DNA from: Bacteroidales bacterium
GTDB lineage: Bacteria; Bacteroidota; Bacteroidia; Bacteroidales; UBA7960
Assembly: GCA_003557385.1 (NCBI GenBank)
Contig: PWON01000040.1
Span: forward strand, 17,677-81,676
Reading direction: 5' to 3'
Length of the DNA stretch: 64,000 nucleotides
Both the position numbers and the translations under genes were made by a program. The notes below the pieces were generated by a model, which worked only from the letters and a program-made list of their open reading frames with translations, had not been told where the DNA came from and did not search any database. This document shows, piece after piece, positions 8,840-19,266 of this stretch. Position 1 is the first letter of the stretch; every line of letters begins with the position of its first letter.

Positions 8840-9694
8840 TTAAAGACAGTCCGGGTCGATGCCCGACACATATGTTTCGATGACCCTGAGCTTTTTGGCC
8901 GTTTCATAACCGTCAAAGCCAACAATATCATCGTATGAAACCATGTCCTCGTAAGTCCGGAGAAATTCCGATGCAAGCGGCCGGTATGACCAATGCCATT
9001 TTTCTTCCTCATAACCTTCTTCACGTTGCTTTCCAAAAGCTGTATAGGGCTGACAAAACCCGAAAACGGCAGCATATTCCTGAAGCCATTGATATACCTT
9101 TTGACCTTCGCCCGATTCAAAATATTCATTTTGCAAGCTATTCAGGTCAATGTCTGTACCCCAATGGTGACGGGAAGTGCCTGGCATGGCACTGAAGCGA
9201 AGGATTTCACGTGCCCTGTCCAAAGGATCGGGAATGTCTGTAGCCAGGATATCCCCGTGCAAGACCTGCAGGCCATTCCATTTGTTTTCCCAGATGCGCC
9301 TTTGATGATTAAAGGGCCGGGCAGCCGACAATATGACCAGGCTGATCCCGTCATCCAGGGCTGCGTTGCGCATTGCCATAAATGCATCATAGGCCCGGGT
9401 ACGCAAATACATACCGGGGCGGCTGGCATGGCTTCGGTCGATCAGTGTAAAACCGTCATCCTTTGCAGGATCGATATGACCCAGCAACATGTCTTTGGTT
9501 ATATCGGGTAAATAAAATGCGTCGCCTTTCATCATATCCTTATCTTCTTTTTGTCCGGTATCGCAGGCCGGCAAATGAATACGCCGGGCTGCCCGATAGC
9601 CGCGTGAAAATATCATTAACACGGCCAGCAGCACCACCAGGGCGATCAGGAAGGCCCGGTGCCACATCGGTGCTTTGTTCCATGGTTTTTTCAT
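8840..9694 (-). CDS. M15 family metallopeptidase (VanY / D-Ala-D-Ala carboxypeptidase-like)
   Basis: ORF 8840..9742. The likely start is the internal ATG at 9694 (MKKPWNKAPMWHRAFLIALVVLLAVL membrane anchor), which removes the overlap with the upstream gene. The GTSRHHWGTDIDL zinc-site motif fits M15. Confidence 0.8.
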   Translation of the reverse strand: MKKPWNKAPMWHRAFLIALVVLLAVLMIFSRGYRAARRIHLPACDTGQKEDKDMMKGDAFYLPDITKDMLLGHIDPAKDDGFTLIDRSHASRPGMYLRTRAYDAFMAMRNAALDDGISLVILSAARPFNHQRRIWENKWNGLQVLHGDILATDIPDPLDRAREILRFSAMPGTSRHHWGTDIDLNSLQNEYFESGEGQKVYQWLQEYAAVFGFCQPYTAFGKQREEGYEEEKWHWSYRPLASEFLRTYEDMVSYDDIVGFDGYETAKKLRVIETYVSGIDPDCL

Positions 9695-9717
9695 GATGCC
9701 AAAACCTTCCGGCCTTT

Positions 9718-11748
9718 TTATTTTAACCACTCGTCGAGCCAACGGAAGAACTCACGCTGCCACAAGATCCCGTTCTGGGGTTGTAAAACCCAGTGATTCT
9801 CATCATGGAAAAACAACAAACGGCTTGGTATGCCCTGAAGCTGGGCTGCATTGAACGCCTGAAGGCCTTCGGCATAGGGTACCCTGTAATCTTTCGCTCC
9901 ATGGATCACCATGATCGGGGTGTCCCATTTATGCACGTTAAGGTGCGGGGAAAAATCATAACTGTGCGGACGGGGCTCTTCCCAATAACCGCCACCCAGG
10001 TCATGGTTGGCAAAGAACATCTCTTCGGTAGTGGCGTACCAGCTTTCCAGGTTAAACAATCCGCAATGCGATATAAAGGCGCTGAAACGTTTGTCATGAT
10101 TTCCGGCCAGCCAAAATACACTGTATCCCCCATAGCTTGCACCAATGGCGCCCAGGCGCCTTTCGTCCACATAGGGTTCCGCCTTCACTGCATCAATGGC
10201 GCTCAGGTAATCCTTCATGTTTTGTCCGCCATAATCCTGGCTGATCTGGTCGTTCCACTCCTGTCCGAAAGTTGGCAATCCTCTCCTGTTGGGTGCCACA
10301 ATTATATAATCGTTGGCAGCCATAATCTGGAAATTCCACCGGTAGGAGAAAAACTGGCTGACTGCACTCTGGGGTCCCCCGCCACAGTACAATAAAGCCG
10401 GATACTTCCTGGAAGGATCAAAATTTGGCGGATAAATAACCCAAACCAGCATCTCCCTATCATCTGTGGTGGTCACCCAGCGTTCTTCCACCCGCCCCAT
10501 GCTGATCCTGTCGAGTATTTCGCGGTTCACATAACTCAATTGCACCTGATCGCCACTTTCAATATGCACCCTGAATATTTCTGTGGGCATTGACATTGAC
10601 ATGCGCTCCGCAAACAAATAATTACCTGCACATGCCACTGACTGGTAATTATGATGTCCCTCTGTCAGTTGCCTGATCGCTCCCGACGTAACGTTAAGGG
10701 CATACAGCTGATAGGTGGCATGAATGCCGCTCACAAAAAACAAAGTCCGGCTGTCGGCTGACCATGAAAAACCACTGGAACTCTGGTCAAAACCGGCCGA
10801 ATAATCCCGGTATTTCCCTGTAGCCAGATCCATGATCATGATGCGGTTCTTATCTGATTCAAATCCCGGAGTAGCCATGCTCTCCCAGGCCATATAACGC
10901 CCATCAGGCGAAAAAACCGGATTTTTATCATACCCGTCATTGAAAGGTGTCATATTCCTGGTGACCCCATCTTCCACGTGGTAAAAATAGATATCTGAAT
11001 TGGTGGATGTGGTCCAGTCTTTCCCGGTCTTTTTCTTGGCAGTATAAGCCAGGAACCTGCCGTCAGCACCCCATTCAATCTGTGCACTGCCGCCAAAGGG
11101 AGGCAATGGCGAATGCCATGCTTCGCCTTGCATAATGTCCAGGCCCTCGGCGATCTGTTCTTTATGATAGGTAGCCACAAACACATGGCTGAACCTGCCG
11201 TCATGCCAGCGATCCCAATGCCTGTACATCAAATCATCCGCAATGTTTGCGTTGGCCTTTTCAAGATCGGGATGCCGGTCGGCAACTACCTGCGCTACCT
11301 TAACCCGCCGGGTGTAGTAGATATGTTGCATGTCGGGAGCATAACCAAAGCCGGTAATGCCACCTTCTATGCGGGTCATCTGACGGATGTTACCCCCATC
11401 GGGATCCATCTCGAAAAGCTGGTTGCTGCCATCAACCGGTTTTAAGAATCCGATCCGTCGTCCGTCGGGCCGCCAAACTGCACCAGACTCGGAAACATCC
11501 GAATTGGTAATATTTACCGGTTCGCCACCATCCGAAGAAAGCACAAAAAGGTCGCGAATGCCTTTATTTTCCTGAATGTCATATTGCGTGACTCCAAACA
11601 GTATTGTATTTCCATCGGGCGATACCCGGACATCGCCAATGCGCCCGAATTCCCAGAGAATCTCCGGCGTCATAACTTTCGGTTGTCCATTGGACGAAGC
11701 AGAAATGGTCATAATAATCAATGTTGTGATAAAAATCAATTTCTTCAT
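9718..11748 (-). CDS. S9 family serine peptidase (beta-propeller plus prolyl-oligopeptidase-type hydrolase domain)
   Basis: 676 aa with a signal peptide, TolB-like propeller repeats (SPDG motifs), the nucleophile elbow GASYGGYS and a C-terminal catalytic His region HDENHW. Confidence 0.85.
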   Translation of the reverse strand: MKKLIFITTLIIMTISASSNGQPKVMTPEILWEFGRIGDVRVSPDGNTILFGVTQYDIQENKGIRDLFVLSSDGGEPVNITNSDVSESGAVWRPDGRRIGFLKPVDGSNQLFEMDPDGGNIRQMTRIEGGITGFGYAPDMQHIYYTRRVKVAQVVADRHPDLEKANANIADDLMYRHWDRWHDGRFSHVFVATYHKEQIAEGLDIMQGEAWHSPLPPFGGSAQIEWGADGRFLAYTAKKKTGKDWTTSTNSDIYFYHVEDGVTRNMTPFNDGYDKNPVFSPDGRYMAWESMATPGFESDKNRIMIMDLATGKYRDYSAGFDQSSSGFSWSADSRTLFFVSGIHATYQLYALNVTSGAIRQLTEGHHNYQSVACAGNYLFAERMSMSMPTEIFRVHIESGDQVQLSYVNREILDRISMGRVEERWVTTTDDREMLVWVIYPPNFDPSRKYPALLYCGGGPQSAVSQFFSYRWNFQIMAANDYIIVAPNRRGLPTFGQEWNDQISQDYGGQNMKDYLSAIDAVKAEPYVDERRLGAIGASYGGYSVFWLAGNHDKRFSAFISHCGLFNLESWYATTEEMFFANHDLGGGYWEEPRPHSYDFSPHLNVHKWDTPIMVIHGAKDYRVPYAEGLQAFNAAQLQGIPSRLLFFHDENHWVLQPQNGILWQREFFRWLDEWLK

Positions 11749-11784
11749 GATGATGTTTTATTTAAATGGATTTTGCTAAAGATT

Positions 11785-12825
11785 TTATGATGACTCGGCC
11801 AGGGCCTCCTTGATTTTTGCTTCCAGTTCTTCGGCAAGTTCCAGGTTATCTGCCAGCAATTCCTTGACGGCGTCACGGCCCTGTCCAAGCTTGGTATCGC
11901 CGTAGCTGAACCACGAACCGGATTTTTTGACAATGTTTTGATCTACGGCCAGGTCGATGATTTCCCCTGTCTTTGAGATGCCCTTGCCGTATATGATGTC
12001 AAATTCAGCCTGGCGGAATGGGGGAGCCAGTTTGTTTTTCACCACCTTGACGCGCGTGCGGTTGCCCATCACACTATCGCCTTCCTTGATCTGTGAAGAT
12101 CGCCGGATATCAATACGCACGGAAGCATAAAACTTCAGTGCATTGCCCCCGGTGGTGGTTTCCGGATTGCCAAACATGACTCCGATCTTTTCACGCAACT
12201 GGTTGATAAAAATACAGCAGCAATTGGTTTTGTTGATGGTTCCGGTAAGTTTACGAAGTGCCTGCGACATCAACCGGGCTTGCAAACCCATTTTTGAGTC
12301 GCCCATTTCTCCCTCAATTTCACTCTTGGGGGTTAAAGCGGCCACAGAGTCTATGACAATGATGTCAATGGCTCCTGAACGGATCAGGTTTTCTGCTATT
12401 TCAAGGGCTTGTTCACCATTGTCGGGCTGACTGACCAAAAGGTTTTCAATATCCACACCCAGCTTACCCGCATAATTGCTGTCAAAGGCATTCTCTGCAT
12501 CAATAAATGCCGCGACTCCGCCCAGTTTTTGCGCCTCCGCAATCGCATGTATGGCCAGGGTCGTTTTGCCCGAGGCTTCGGGTCCGTATATTTCCACTAC
12601 ACGCCCCCGGGGCAAGCCTCCGGTGCCCAATGCCAGGTCGAGTGTGATTGAACCGGTGGGGATCACATCCACGGGAACTACGGCTGAATCGCCAAGTTTC
12701 ATCACCGTTCCTTTGCCATAAGATTTCTCGATTTTGTCCAGGGTCAGCTGCAGGGCTTTCATCTTTTCCTTATGGACTGCCTGTTCTTTGTTCTGCGCTG
12801 CACCTTGCTCTTTTTCTTTGCTCAT
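11785..12825 (-). CDS. recA: Recombinase RecA
   Basis: 346 aa. Unmistakable RecA sequence: [65 protein letters not shown]. Confidence 0.98.
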   Translation of the reverse strand: MSKEKEQGAAQNKEQAVHKEKMKALQLTLDKIEKSYGKGTVMKLGDSAVVPVDVIPTGSITLDLALGTGGLPRGRVVEIYGPEASGKTTLAIHAIAEAQKLGGVAAFIDAENAFDSNYAGKLGVDIENLLVSQPDNGEQALEIAENLIRSGAIDIIVIDSVAALTPKSEIEGEMGDSKMGLQARLMSQALRKLTGTINKTNCCCIFINQLREKIGVMFGNPETTTGGNALKFYASVRIDIRRSSQIKEGDSVMGNRTRVKVVKNKLAPPFRQAEFDIIYGKGISKTGEIIDLAVDQNIVKKSGSWFSYGDTKLGQGRDAVKELLADNLELAEELEAKIKEALAESS

Positions 12826-12864
12826 GATGTTATATTTTTAAGTTTTAGATAATAATTATACAAA

Positions 12865-12872
12865 CAAAGATA
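12865..12872 (-). promoter_or_regulatory. Putative -7 promoter box for recA
   Basis: The minus strand reads TATCTTTG (TAnnTTTG), about 40 nt upstream of the recA ATG, in an AT-rich spacer. Motif-only call. Confidence 0.35.
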
Positions 12873-12886
12873 ATATTTTATTTTAT

Positions 12887-13516
12887 CTATCGATATTTTT
12901 TATAAATATGAACCAGTTTTTTTGTTTCAAAAAACGATTCTGAAAAAAATACCGACAAATCAAACAAGCGGTGAGGGCAATCCAACTCCCTCAGTTCGCT
13001 GTCAAATTCTCCTCCTTTCAGGTAAAGGATCCCGTTGGCCAGGGAGTGTCCATGATCTGCACTGATCTTGTCCGCCACCCATCGATAAAAAACCGGCAGC
13101 GATTTAACAGCCCTGCTGGTAATGAAATCAAAATGACCATCCACCCCTTCGGCCCTGGTTCTTAAAGTGCGTATATTGTCCAGAGCAAGCTCATTGACCA
13201 CTTCTTCAACCACCCTGATCTTTTTCCCGACAGAATCCACGAGGAGAAACTGCGTTTCCGGACTGCAAATGGCCAGGGGGATCCCAGGAAAACCACCGCC
13301 GGTTCCAACATCCAGAACGGAAGCACCCGGGTTGAAATCAATCACTTTCAGAATCGCCATGGAATGGAGAACATGCCTTGTATAAAAGTGGTCAATGTCC
13401 TTCCGGGATATCAGGTTGATTTTTTGATTCCAGTATTTGTATAGCGGCCACAACTGCTGCAGTTTATCAAACTGCCTGTGGCTGAGATGCGGAAAATATT
13501 TTTTTACGATTTCCAT
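12887..13516 (-). CDS. rsmG: 16S rRNA (guanine527-N7)-methyltransferase RsmG
   Basis: 209 aa with the SAM-binding motif VLDVGTGGGFPGIPLAI; the overall GidB/RsmG layout is recognisable. Confidence 0.9.
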   Translation of the reverse strand: MEIVKKYFPHLSHRQFDKLQQLWPLYKYWNQKINLISRKDIDHFYTRHVLHSMAILKVIDFNPGASVLDVGTGGGFPGIPLAICSPETQFLLVDSVGKKIRVVEEVVNELALDNIRTLRTRAEGVDGHFDFITSRAVKSLPVFYRWVADKISADHGHSLANGILYLKGGEFDSELRELDCPHRLFDLSVFFSESFFETKKLVHIYKKYR

Positions 13517-13538
13517 TCAACAAATGCAGGAATTGGTG

Positions 13539-13546
13539 TATTTTTG
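13539..13546 (+). promoter_or_regulatory. Putative -7 promoter box for the glucosaminidase-LysM gene
   Basis: TATTTTTG matches TAnnTTTG, about 60 nt upstream of the start at 13606/13612. Motif-only call. Confidence 0.3.
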
Positions 13547-13605
13547 AGTCCCGAAAAGGTCAGACAAGCCAAAAGTTCCCTGAGTATTTTTATCTATCAA
13601 AAATA

Positions 13606-14613
13606 GTGTTTATGCATCAATTATTGAAAGGCATTTTAAAAAAGCTGCTACTTTCTTTATTTCTTTTGCACGCCAGCCTGTTTGCCCAGGAAAATATCTC
13701 ACTTCCGGAATACATTGAAACCTACAAGCACATTGCCATGGCAGAGATGCGTGAATCAGGCATCCCGGCAAGCATCAAACTGGCACAGGCCATCCTGGAA
13801 TCCGGTTTTGGAAATGGTGAGCTGGCCGTTTATGCCAACAATCATTTTGGCATCAAGTGTCATGGATGGCAGGGCATGACTTATTATTATGATGACGACG
13901 AGCCCGGTGAATGTTTCAGGAAATATACAGACCCCGTGCAATCTTTTCTTGACCATTCGGAGTTCTTGTCGACAAGGCCCTGGTATGCTACCCTGTTTGA
14001 GCTTGAACCGGACGACTATGTGGCATGGGCGCACGGACTTAAAGAAGCGGGATATGCCACCAATCCGCAATATGCCCACAAGCTCATCCGGATAATCAAC
14101 GAACATGAACTCGACCGTTTCGACCGCAAGGCCTTCGATCCGGGTTACCTGGCCGCGGAGCATCTTTACGCAGACCGACCCGACGAAAAAGAGAAAATGC
14201 TTGCGGAGCAAACAGAGGATATCAGCCCGGAAGAGGATCAGCGAAGGATTCTCATCTACAACCGCATAAAATATGTCATTGCCGGCGAAGGCGACACCCC
14301 GCGCTCTCTTGCCCGGGAACTGGACATGCGGCCGCGCCAGATCATCAATTACAATAACCTGGACGGACCGGAGCCTTTTGAAGCGGGTCAGCGGGTTTAC
14401 CTTCAACCCAAGCGGCGCAAAGGAGGCGAAGCCTATCATATAGTCAGTCAGGGCGACACCATGGAAGAAATCTCCCAGAGATACGGCATACGGATTGAAA
14501 ACCTTTACCGGCGAAACGACATGACTTACGGAATGGAACCGGAGCCTGGCCAAAAAATCCTGTTGCAGGATTACAAGGGTACCTTTTTTCAATACCTTTT
14601 TCGCCGGCCATAA
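13606..14613 (+). CDS. Peptidoglycan hydrolase: N-acetylglucosaminidase domain plus two LysM repeats
   Basis: 335 aa with a signal peptide. The glucosaminidase motif is SIKLAQAILESGFGNGELAVYANNHFGIK. Two LysM-like repeats follow (YVIAGEGDTPRSLARELDM..., YHIVSQGDTMEEISQRYGI...). Confidence 0.85.
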   Translation: MFMHQLLKGILKKLLLSLFLLHASLFAQENISLPEYIETYKHIAMAEMRESGIPASIKLAQAILESGFGNGELAVYANNHFGIKCHGWQGMTYYYDDDEPGECFRKYTDPVQSFLDHSEFLSTRPWYATLFELEPDDYVAWAHGLKEAGYATNPQYAHKLIRIINEHELDRFDRKAFDPGYLAAEHLYADRPDEKEKMLAEQTEDISPEEDQRRILIYNRIKYVIAGEGDTPRSLARELDMRPRQIINYNNLDGPEPFEAGQRVYLQPKRRKGGEAYHIVSQGDTMEEISQRYGIRIENLYRRNDMTYGMEPEPGQKILLQDYKGTFFQYLFRRP

Positions 14614-14654
14614 ACAGTAAAACTTCACAGAAAACCTCTTAAATCAAAAGGCAC

Positions 14655-14927
14655 ATGATCGAAGTACTTGTCATCATGTCGGCGGGAATTATTGTTGGAT
14701 ACCTGATGCGGCACAGGCGTCGTGCGATCAGGATATTCGACTCATTGCTGGTGTGGAGCATCTTTTTACTCTTGTTTCTGCTTGGATTTACCATTGGTCG
14801 CGACCCGTTGATTATGTCTGCACTTCCCTCGCTGGGGATGATCGCGCTGGTGATCAGTGTTGCCGCCATGACCGGAAGCATTCTCCTTGCCTTTATTTTG
14901 TGGAAGTTCTTTTATAACAAAAAGTAA
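14655..14927 (+). CDS. LysO/DUF340 family membrane protein, small subunit-like ORF
   Basis: 90 aa with three hydrophobic helices. It is followed directly by the larger DUF340-type ORF, the split arrangement common in Bacteroidota. Confidence 0.65.
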   Translation: MIEVLVIMSAGIIVGYLMRHRRRAIRIFDSLLVWSIFLLLFLLGFTIGRDPLIMSALPSLGMIALVISVAAMTGSILLAFILWKFFYNKK

Positions 14928-15540
14928 AAAGAATTTGAAAAACAGCCTGAAAATATTGGTGGCGTTTTCGCTGGGTGTCTTGTTGGGATATTCGGGATGG
15001 TTGCCCCTTGCAACTTATGATGGCAACCCCGGCAAATACGCCTTGTATATTTTGATGTTCCTGGTGGGCATCAGTATTGGTGCCGATCACCGTTCCCTGT
15101 TATTGATCAGGGAGCAGGGGATCCGGCTTTTTTTGCTTCCAATGGCCACCATTGCAGGAACCTTTGCCGGGATTTTGGCAGTCATACATTTTGTCGACGG
15201 TTTGGGGGTCAGGGAAGGTTTGGCCGTTGGAGCAGGATTTGGGTATTACAGCTTGTCAAGCATTCTGATTACACAAATGCACAGCGAAGCCCTGGGAGTT
15301 ATTGCATTGCTTTCAAACATTATTCGGGAGATCATAACCCTGATCATGGCCCCGGCCATGGCAATCTGTTTTGGAAAACTGGCACCTGTAAGTGCGGCCG
15401 GGGCCACCAGCATGGACACCAGTTTGCCCATCATTACCACGGCCTCAGGAAAAGAGTTTTCAGTCATTGCGTTGTTTCATGGCATATTGCTTACCATGCT
15501 CGTTCCCATATTGGTTACCCTTGCGCTGACCCTGTTCTGA
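14887..15540 (+). CDS. LysO/DUF340 family lysine-exporter-like membrane protein, large part
   Basis: 217-aa maximal ORF (TTG start). A TTG at 14935, just after the upstream stop, is a more plausible start. Polytopic; C-terminal motif AAGATSMDTSLPII. Confidence 0.65.
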   Translation: MPLFCGSSFITKSKKNLKNSLKILVAFSLGVLLGYSGWLPLATYDGNPGKYALYILMFLVGISIGADHRSLLLIREQGIRLFLLPMATIAGTFAGILAVIHFVDGLGVREGLAVGAGFGYYSLSSILITQMHSEALGVIALLSNIIREIITLIMAPAMAICFGKLAPVSAAGATSMDTSLPIITTASGKEFSVIALFHGILLTMLVPILVTLALTLF

Positions 15541-17714
15541 CCACTTACATCTGTTCCTCCCTGATAAGCTCCCCTGCTTCGCATATTCCAGACCCTCACC
15601 CCGGCTTCCAGACAGGCTTCCTCCATTCTGTCTGCATTCCATCGGCTGTTGGATGCATCGAGAATTACCATGGAGGGTTTAAAAACACGAAAAACAAGCT
15701 CCATATCAAGCCGGGGGTTTTGTGTGATCAATAAATAGTCTACTTTAAATGGGAAAGAAAGATGCACGGGTATTTTTTCGCTTATATCAGTAAGACCTGA
15801 AGCATCCAACTGCTTTTTAAAACCCTCCCCGCCAATCAGCACCAATGTGAAACCGTTGAATGCCAGAAAGTGTCTGTCCCGCAAAAAACCATGCGCTGAA
15901 AAACGGGTGACTGAATCATTGATGGAAATGATTTGATTGTTGCGAAAAACGCCTTTTTGCAATCGATAGCCATCTGTATGGAATGCTTTGAGTCCCGGAT
16001 CATGCAGCACCTGATCGCAAGCCAGCATATAGGCTGTTTTGCCGACAATAAAATCGATGGCCGTTGCCTGGTTGATGCTGTATACCACAAAAGTCCGTTG
16101 CATGCTGTTGCGGATACCTCTTTGTGTAAAGGAAGATGCAAGAACAGCCAAAACCAGAAGCGATGTCAGAAAGGATTTACGGCAACCCATGATCCAGTAA
16201 GCAAAAAAGAACAGAAGCAAAACAAATACCAGAATTGTTTCCGGAGCTGTCAGATAAACTCCCCTGGCCGTTGAATAAGGCAAGGCTTCGATTAAACGAA
16301 CCGATTGATGCAGGCAGTTGAGTACAGCGGACAGCAAATAACCCATAAACAGACCGGCTGCAGGTACCGGGTTCAGTAAAAGCGTCAGAAAGGAAGCATA
16401 TATGATGATGCCTGCCAGGGGGATCACCACCAGGTTGGTCAACAGGAAATAATTTGGAAACTGATTGAAATAGTAGAGGGCAAGGGGCCCTGTGGCCAAT
16501 TGTGCAGCCACCGAAACCGTCATGATAGACCAGGCTTTCTCCAAAACGGGATGTTTGACCGGTATGATGGTATACAGGCGGGGTTGCAGGCTTACAATAC
16601 TGATCACAGCCAGATAAGACAATTGGAATCCTATATGCGTAATAATCATTGGATTGCTGATTACAAGCACGAAGGCAGACGCAGCCAGTGTATTATAAAT
16701 GTTTGCCGTTCGGCTGAAATGATGCCCCACAGCCACAAAACTGAACATAACCGATGCCCGCAATACCGAGGGACTGAAACCGGTTATGGCTGCATAAAGC
16801 CATATGCACAGGATGATGCAAAGGGTACGCATATAACGGCCTCCGCGTATGCGGACAAAAAACGAGAAGATGTTTTTCAGGACCATGAAAATAATTCCTA
16901 CATGAAGTCCTGAAACACAGAGTATATGCATGGCTCCGGCTCCTGCAAATTCACGACGGAGATCTTCGTCCAGATATTCCCGGTACCCCAAAAGCAATGC
17001 AGTGATCACGGCAAAATCGCGTTCCGACAACGGATTGTCCTGAAAAATCAGCATGGCCTGTTCACGCAAGCGAAGTGCAAGGTGCATATGCCTGCGGCCA
17101 TGGTTCTCTCCCGTATGATGCCATCGTTCTCGCTGAATATAGGCTGAATGGTAAATGTTGTTTCTGGCAAGGTATTGCTTGTAATTAAATGCATTGGGAT
17201 TTTGCGGGGGTAAAATATCATTGTAGTTGTTGTGGATAAGTATGCGGTCCCCGTAATCTATTGCGGGGGGCAGACTGTCTTTTGCCAGATACAGGATCAA
17301 CCGGCCCTTAACGCGGGTATGGCTTTCGTCACTTATAAAATAAAGGACGTCTGCAAGCACCTGGTGGGAGTTGGTCTTTTCGGCCGGCGGTTCCCTCGAC
17401 TGCACCATCAGGTACCCCGGCTGGTCCTGGTAATGCCTGAAATGGTCTTTCCTGCTATACTGGTTGTGTTGCATGGCCAGCCAGTATCCGGCGAAAAACA
17501 ATGCAGCAAATATGCTGCAACCGAAATACCATCCTTTGCCATATGCTGAAATATTCATGAATACCACAGAAAACATCAGCAGGAAACCAACAACCAGCCC
17601 TATGGCCAGGTGGTTGGCCGGAAACACTTCAGGATACTTCAGATACACCAATATACCAGCTCCAAACGGCAAAAACAACCTGGGAAGCGGCATGTATATT
17701 CGCCATCCATTCAT
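15477..17714 (-). CDS. comEC: ComEC/Rec2 family DNA internalisation channel protein
   Basis: 745 aa with an N-terminal membrane/OB region, a central competence domain (FAGAGAMHILCVSGLHVGII) and a C-terminal MBL-like region lacking the HxHxDH motif. The 3' end overlaps the convergent LysO gene by 64 nt. Confidence 0.85.
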   Translation of the reverse strand: MNGWRIYMPLPRLFLPFGAGILVYLKYPEVFPANHLAIGLVVGFLLMFSVVFMNISAYGKGWYFGCSIFAALFFAGYWLAMQHNQYSRKDHFRHYQDQPGYLMVQSREPPAEKTNSHQVLADVLYFISDESHTRVKGRLILYLAKDSLPPAIDYGDRILIHNNYNDILPPQNPNAFNYKQYLARNNIYHSAYIQRERWHHTGENHGRRHMHLALRLREQAMLIFQDNPLSERDFAVITALLLGYREYLDEDLRREFAGAGAMHILCVSGLHVGIIFMVLKNIFSFFVRIRGGRYMRTLCIILCIWLYAAITGFSPSVLRASVMFSFVAVGHHFSRTANIYNTLAASAFVLVISNPMIITHIGFQLSYLAVISIVSLQPRLYTIIPVKHPVLEKAWSIMTVSVAAQLATGPLALYYFNQFPNYFLLTNLVVIPLAGIIIYASFLTLLLNPVPAAGLFMGYLLSAVLNCLHQSVRLIEALPYSTARGVYLTAPETILVFVLLLFFFAYWIMGCRKSFLTSLLVLAVLASSFTQRGIRNSMQRTFVVYSINQATAIDFIVGKTAYMLACDQVLHDPGLKAFHTDGYRLQKGVFRNNQIISINDSVTRFSAHGFLRDRHFLAFNGFTLVLIGGEGFKKQLDASGLTDISEKIPVHLSFPFKVDYLLITQNPRLDMELVFRVFKPSMVILDASNSRWNADRMEEACLEAGVRVWNMRSRGAYQGGTDVSGQNRVSARVTNMGTSMVSNMP

Positions 17715-17841
17715 CAGAAGATAAATATATAAATTTATCCTCTGTAGAGTATATATTTTAAGACTATATTATAGCGTTTGGTGGTTAGCGAGTGTTTTGC
17801 GGCAAGACCCCATGAAATTGCCCGGGCATGTTATGCAAGCA

Positions 17842-18981
17842 TCATGGTTTAATATTCCCGGCCTTATGTACAAAATCCGTAATGATCCTGGCAGCTTTTT
17901 CCGATGCGCCGGGACCACCCAGTTTTTGTTCCATCAAACGGTAATCTTCCCTCATGGCCTTGCGACAGGATGTGTCATGCAACAACGAATCCAGCACTTT
18001 AAACAAATTTTCCTGATTAAAATCATGTTGGATCATCTCCTGAAGTACAGGCTTATCCATGATGAGATTTACAAGGGAAATGTATTTCACACGGATGAGT
18101 TGGCGGGCGATAAAATAAGACAAAAGGTTGGCTTTATAACATACCGCCTGGGGTACGCCAAACAGGGCTGCTTCCAGTGTAGCCGTACCACTGGCCACCA
18201 GGGCGGCCCCAGCATTGGCCAGCAGGGAATAGGTCTGGTCATAGACCACAGAAACATTGGGCTGTTGAGCAAAATGTAAATAAAGGTCCTTATCCTGGCT
18301 TGAAACCGCAGCGACCACGAATTGGTAATCAATGAAACGGGGTGCCATGGTGATCATTTCCTCAAGCATGCGACGTATTTCCTGTTTCCGGCTCCCCGGG
18401 AGCAGTGCAACCAGTGGTTTATCCTGCAGCCCATTGTCCTCCCTGAATGATGCATGGTCTTTTGATCCCCTTAATGGGAGGACTTCATCCAGCAGGGGAT
18501 GACCGGGAAATTCAACCTGCATGCCAAAGCGTTGATAAAACTCCTGTTCAAAAGGAAGGATCACCAGGAGTTTATCCACGTCGCGCCTGAGCTTCCTGAC
18601 CCTCGATTCTTTCCAGGCCCATACCTGCGGCCCGATATAATATACAACCGGGATCCGGTGTGTTTTGGCAAACCTGGCCATACGCAGGTTGAATCCCGGA
18701 TAGTCCACCAGGATGAGCACATCGGCCTGATAGGCCAGCAGGTCATGTTTACAGAGATTGATGTTGCTCAAAATGGTTCTCAGGTTGCTGACTACCTCAA
18801 AAAAACCCATAAAGGATAACTCCCTGATGTGTTTAACAATATGACCACCTTCGTGCAGCATGCGATCTCCGCCCCAGCACCGGAAATCGGCATGGGGGTC
18901 GTGCCGCCTGATCTCCTTCATCAGATTGGCAGCGTGCATGTCTCCCGAAGACTCACCGGCTATGATATAATAACGGGCCAT
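17842..18981 (-). CDS. lpxB: Lipid-A-disaccharide synthase
   Basis: 379 aa. The N-terminus YIIAGESSGDMHAANLM and the internal motifs GPQVWAWK and LLPGSR are typical of LpxB. Confidence 0.92.
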   Translation of the reverse strand: MARYYIIAGESSGDMHAANLMKEIRRHDPHADFRCWGGDRMLHEGGHIVKHIRELSFMGFFEVVSNLRTILSNINLCKHDLLAYQADVLILVDYPGFNLRMARFAKTHRIPVVYYIGPQVWAWKESRVRKLRRDVDKLLVILPFEQEFYQRFGMQVEFPGHPLLDEVLPLRGSKDHASFREDNGLQDKPLVALLPGSRKQEIRRMLEEMITMAPRFIDYQFVVAAVSSQDKDLYLHFAQQPNVSVVYDQTYSLLANAGAALVASGTATLEAALFGVPQAVCYKANLLSYFIARQLIRVKYISLVNLIMDKPVLQEMIQHDFNQENLFKVLDSLLHDTSCRKAMREDYRLMEQKLGGPGASEKAARIITDFVHKAGNIKP

Positions 18982-18990
18982 GTGGTCAAA

Positions 18991-19266
18991 TCACATTAAG
19001 AAGTAAAAAAAAACCAGGGCAAGCAAAAAAGTAAGCAAAAGGATTCCCCTGCCGGTCCGGTCATACTTTTTATTTACCATGTAGTACCTGAAGGGAAGGA
19101 GGTTAGAGAATATGGCCAGCAAGAATGGCACCCGGGGGCGCGGCATATACACCAGGTTCTCCACCTGGCCCCATGGAATGAGAATGGTCAATACAAGGCC
19201 ATAAACAAGCAAAGGCGTTATGATGCCAATGACTGCCCCAAGCACCCATGAATCTTTATTCAGCAT
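18991..19266 (-). CDS. Small membrane protein between surE and lpxB, function unknown
   Basis: 91-aa ORF with three hydrophobic helices. It is tightly coupled, overlapping the surE end by 11 nt. Confidence 0.5.
   Translation of the reverse strand: MLNKDSWVLGAVIGIITPLLVYGLVLTILIPWGQVENLVYMPRPRVPFLLAIFSNLLPFRYYMVNKKYDRTGRGILLLTFLLALVFFYFLM

Noticed and set aside
13756-14628. 290-aa minus-strand ORF opposite the glucosaminidase-LysM gene
   Set aside because: Shadow ORF; the plus-strand product has clear glucosaminidase and LysM motifs, whereas the antisense product has none.
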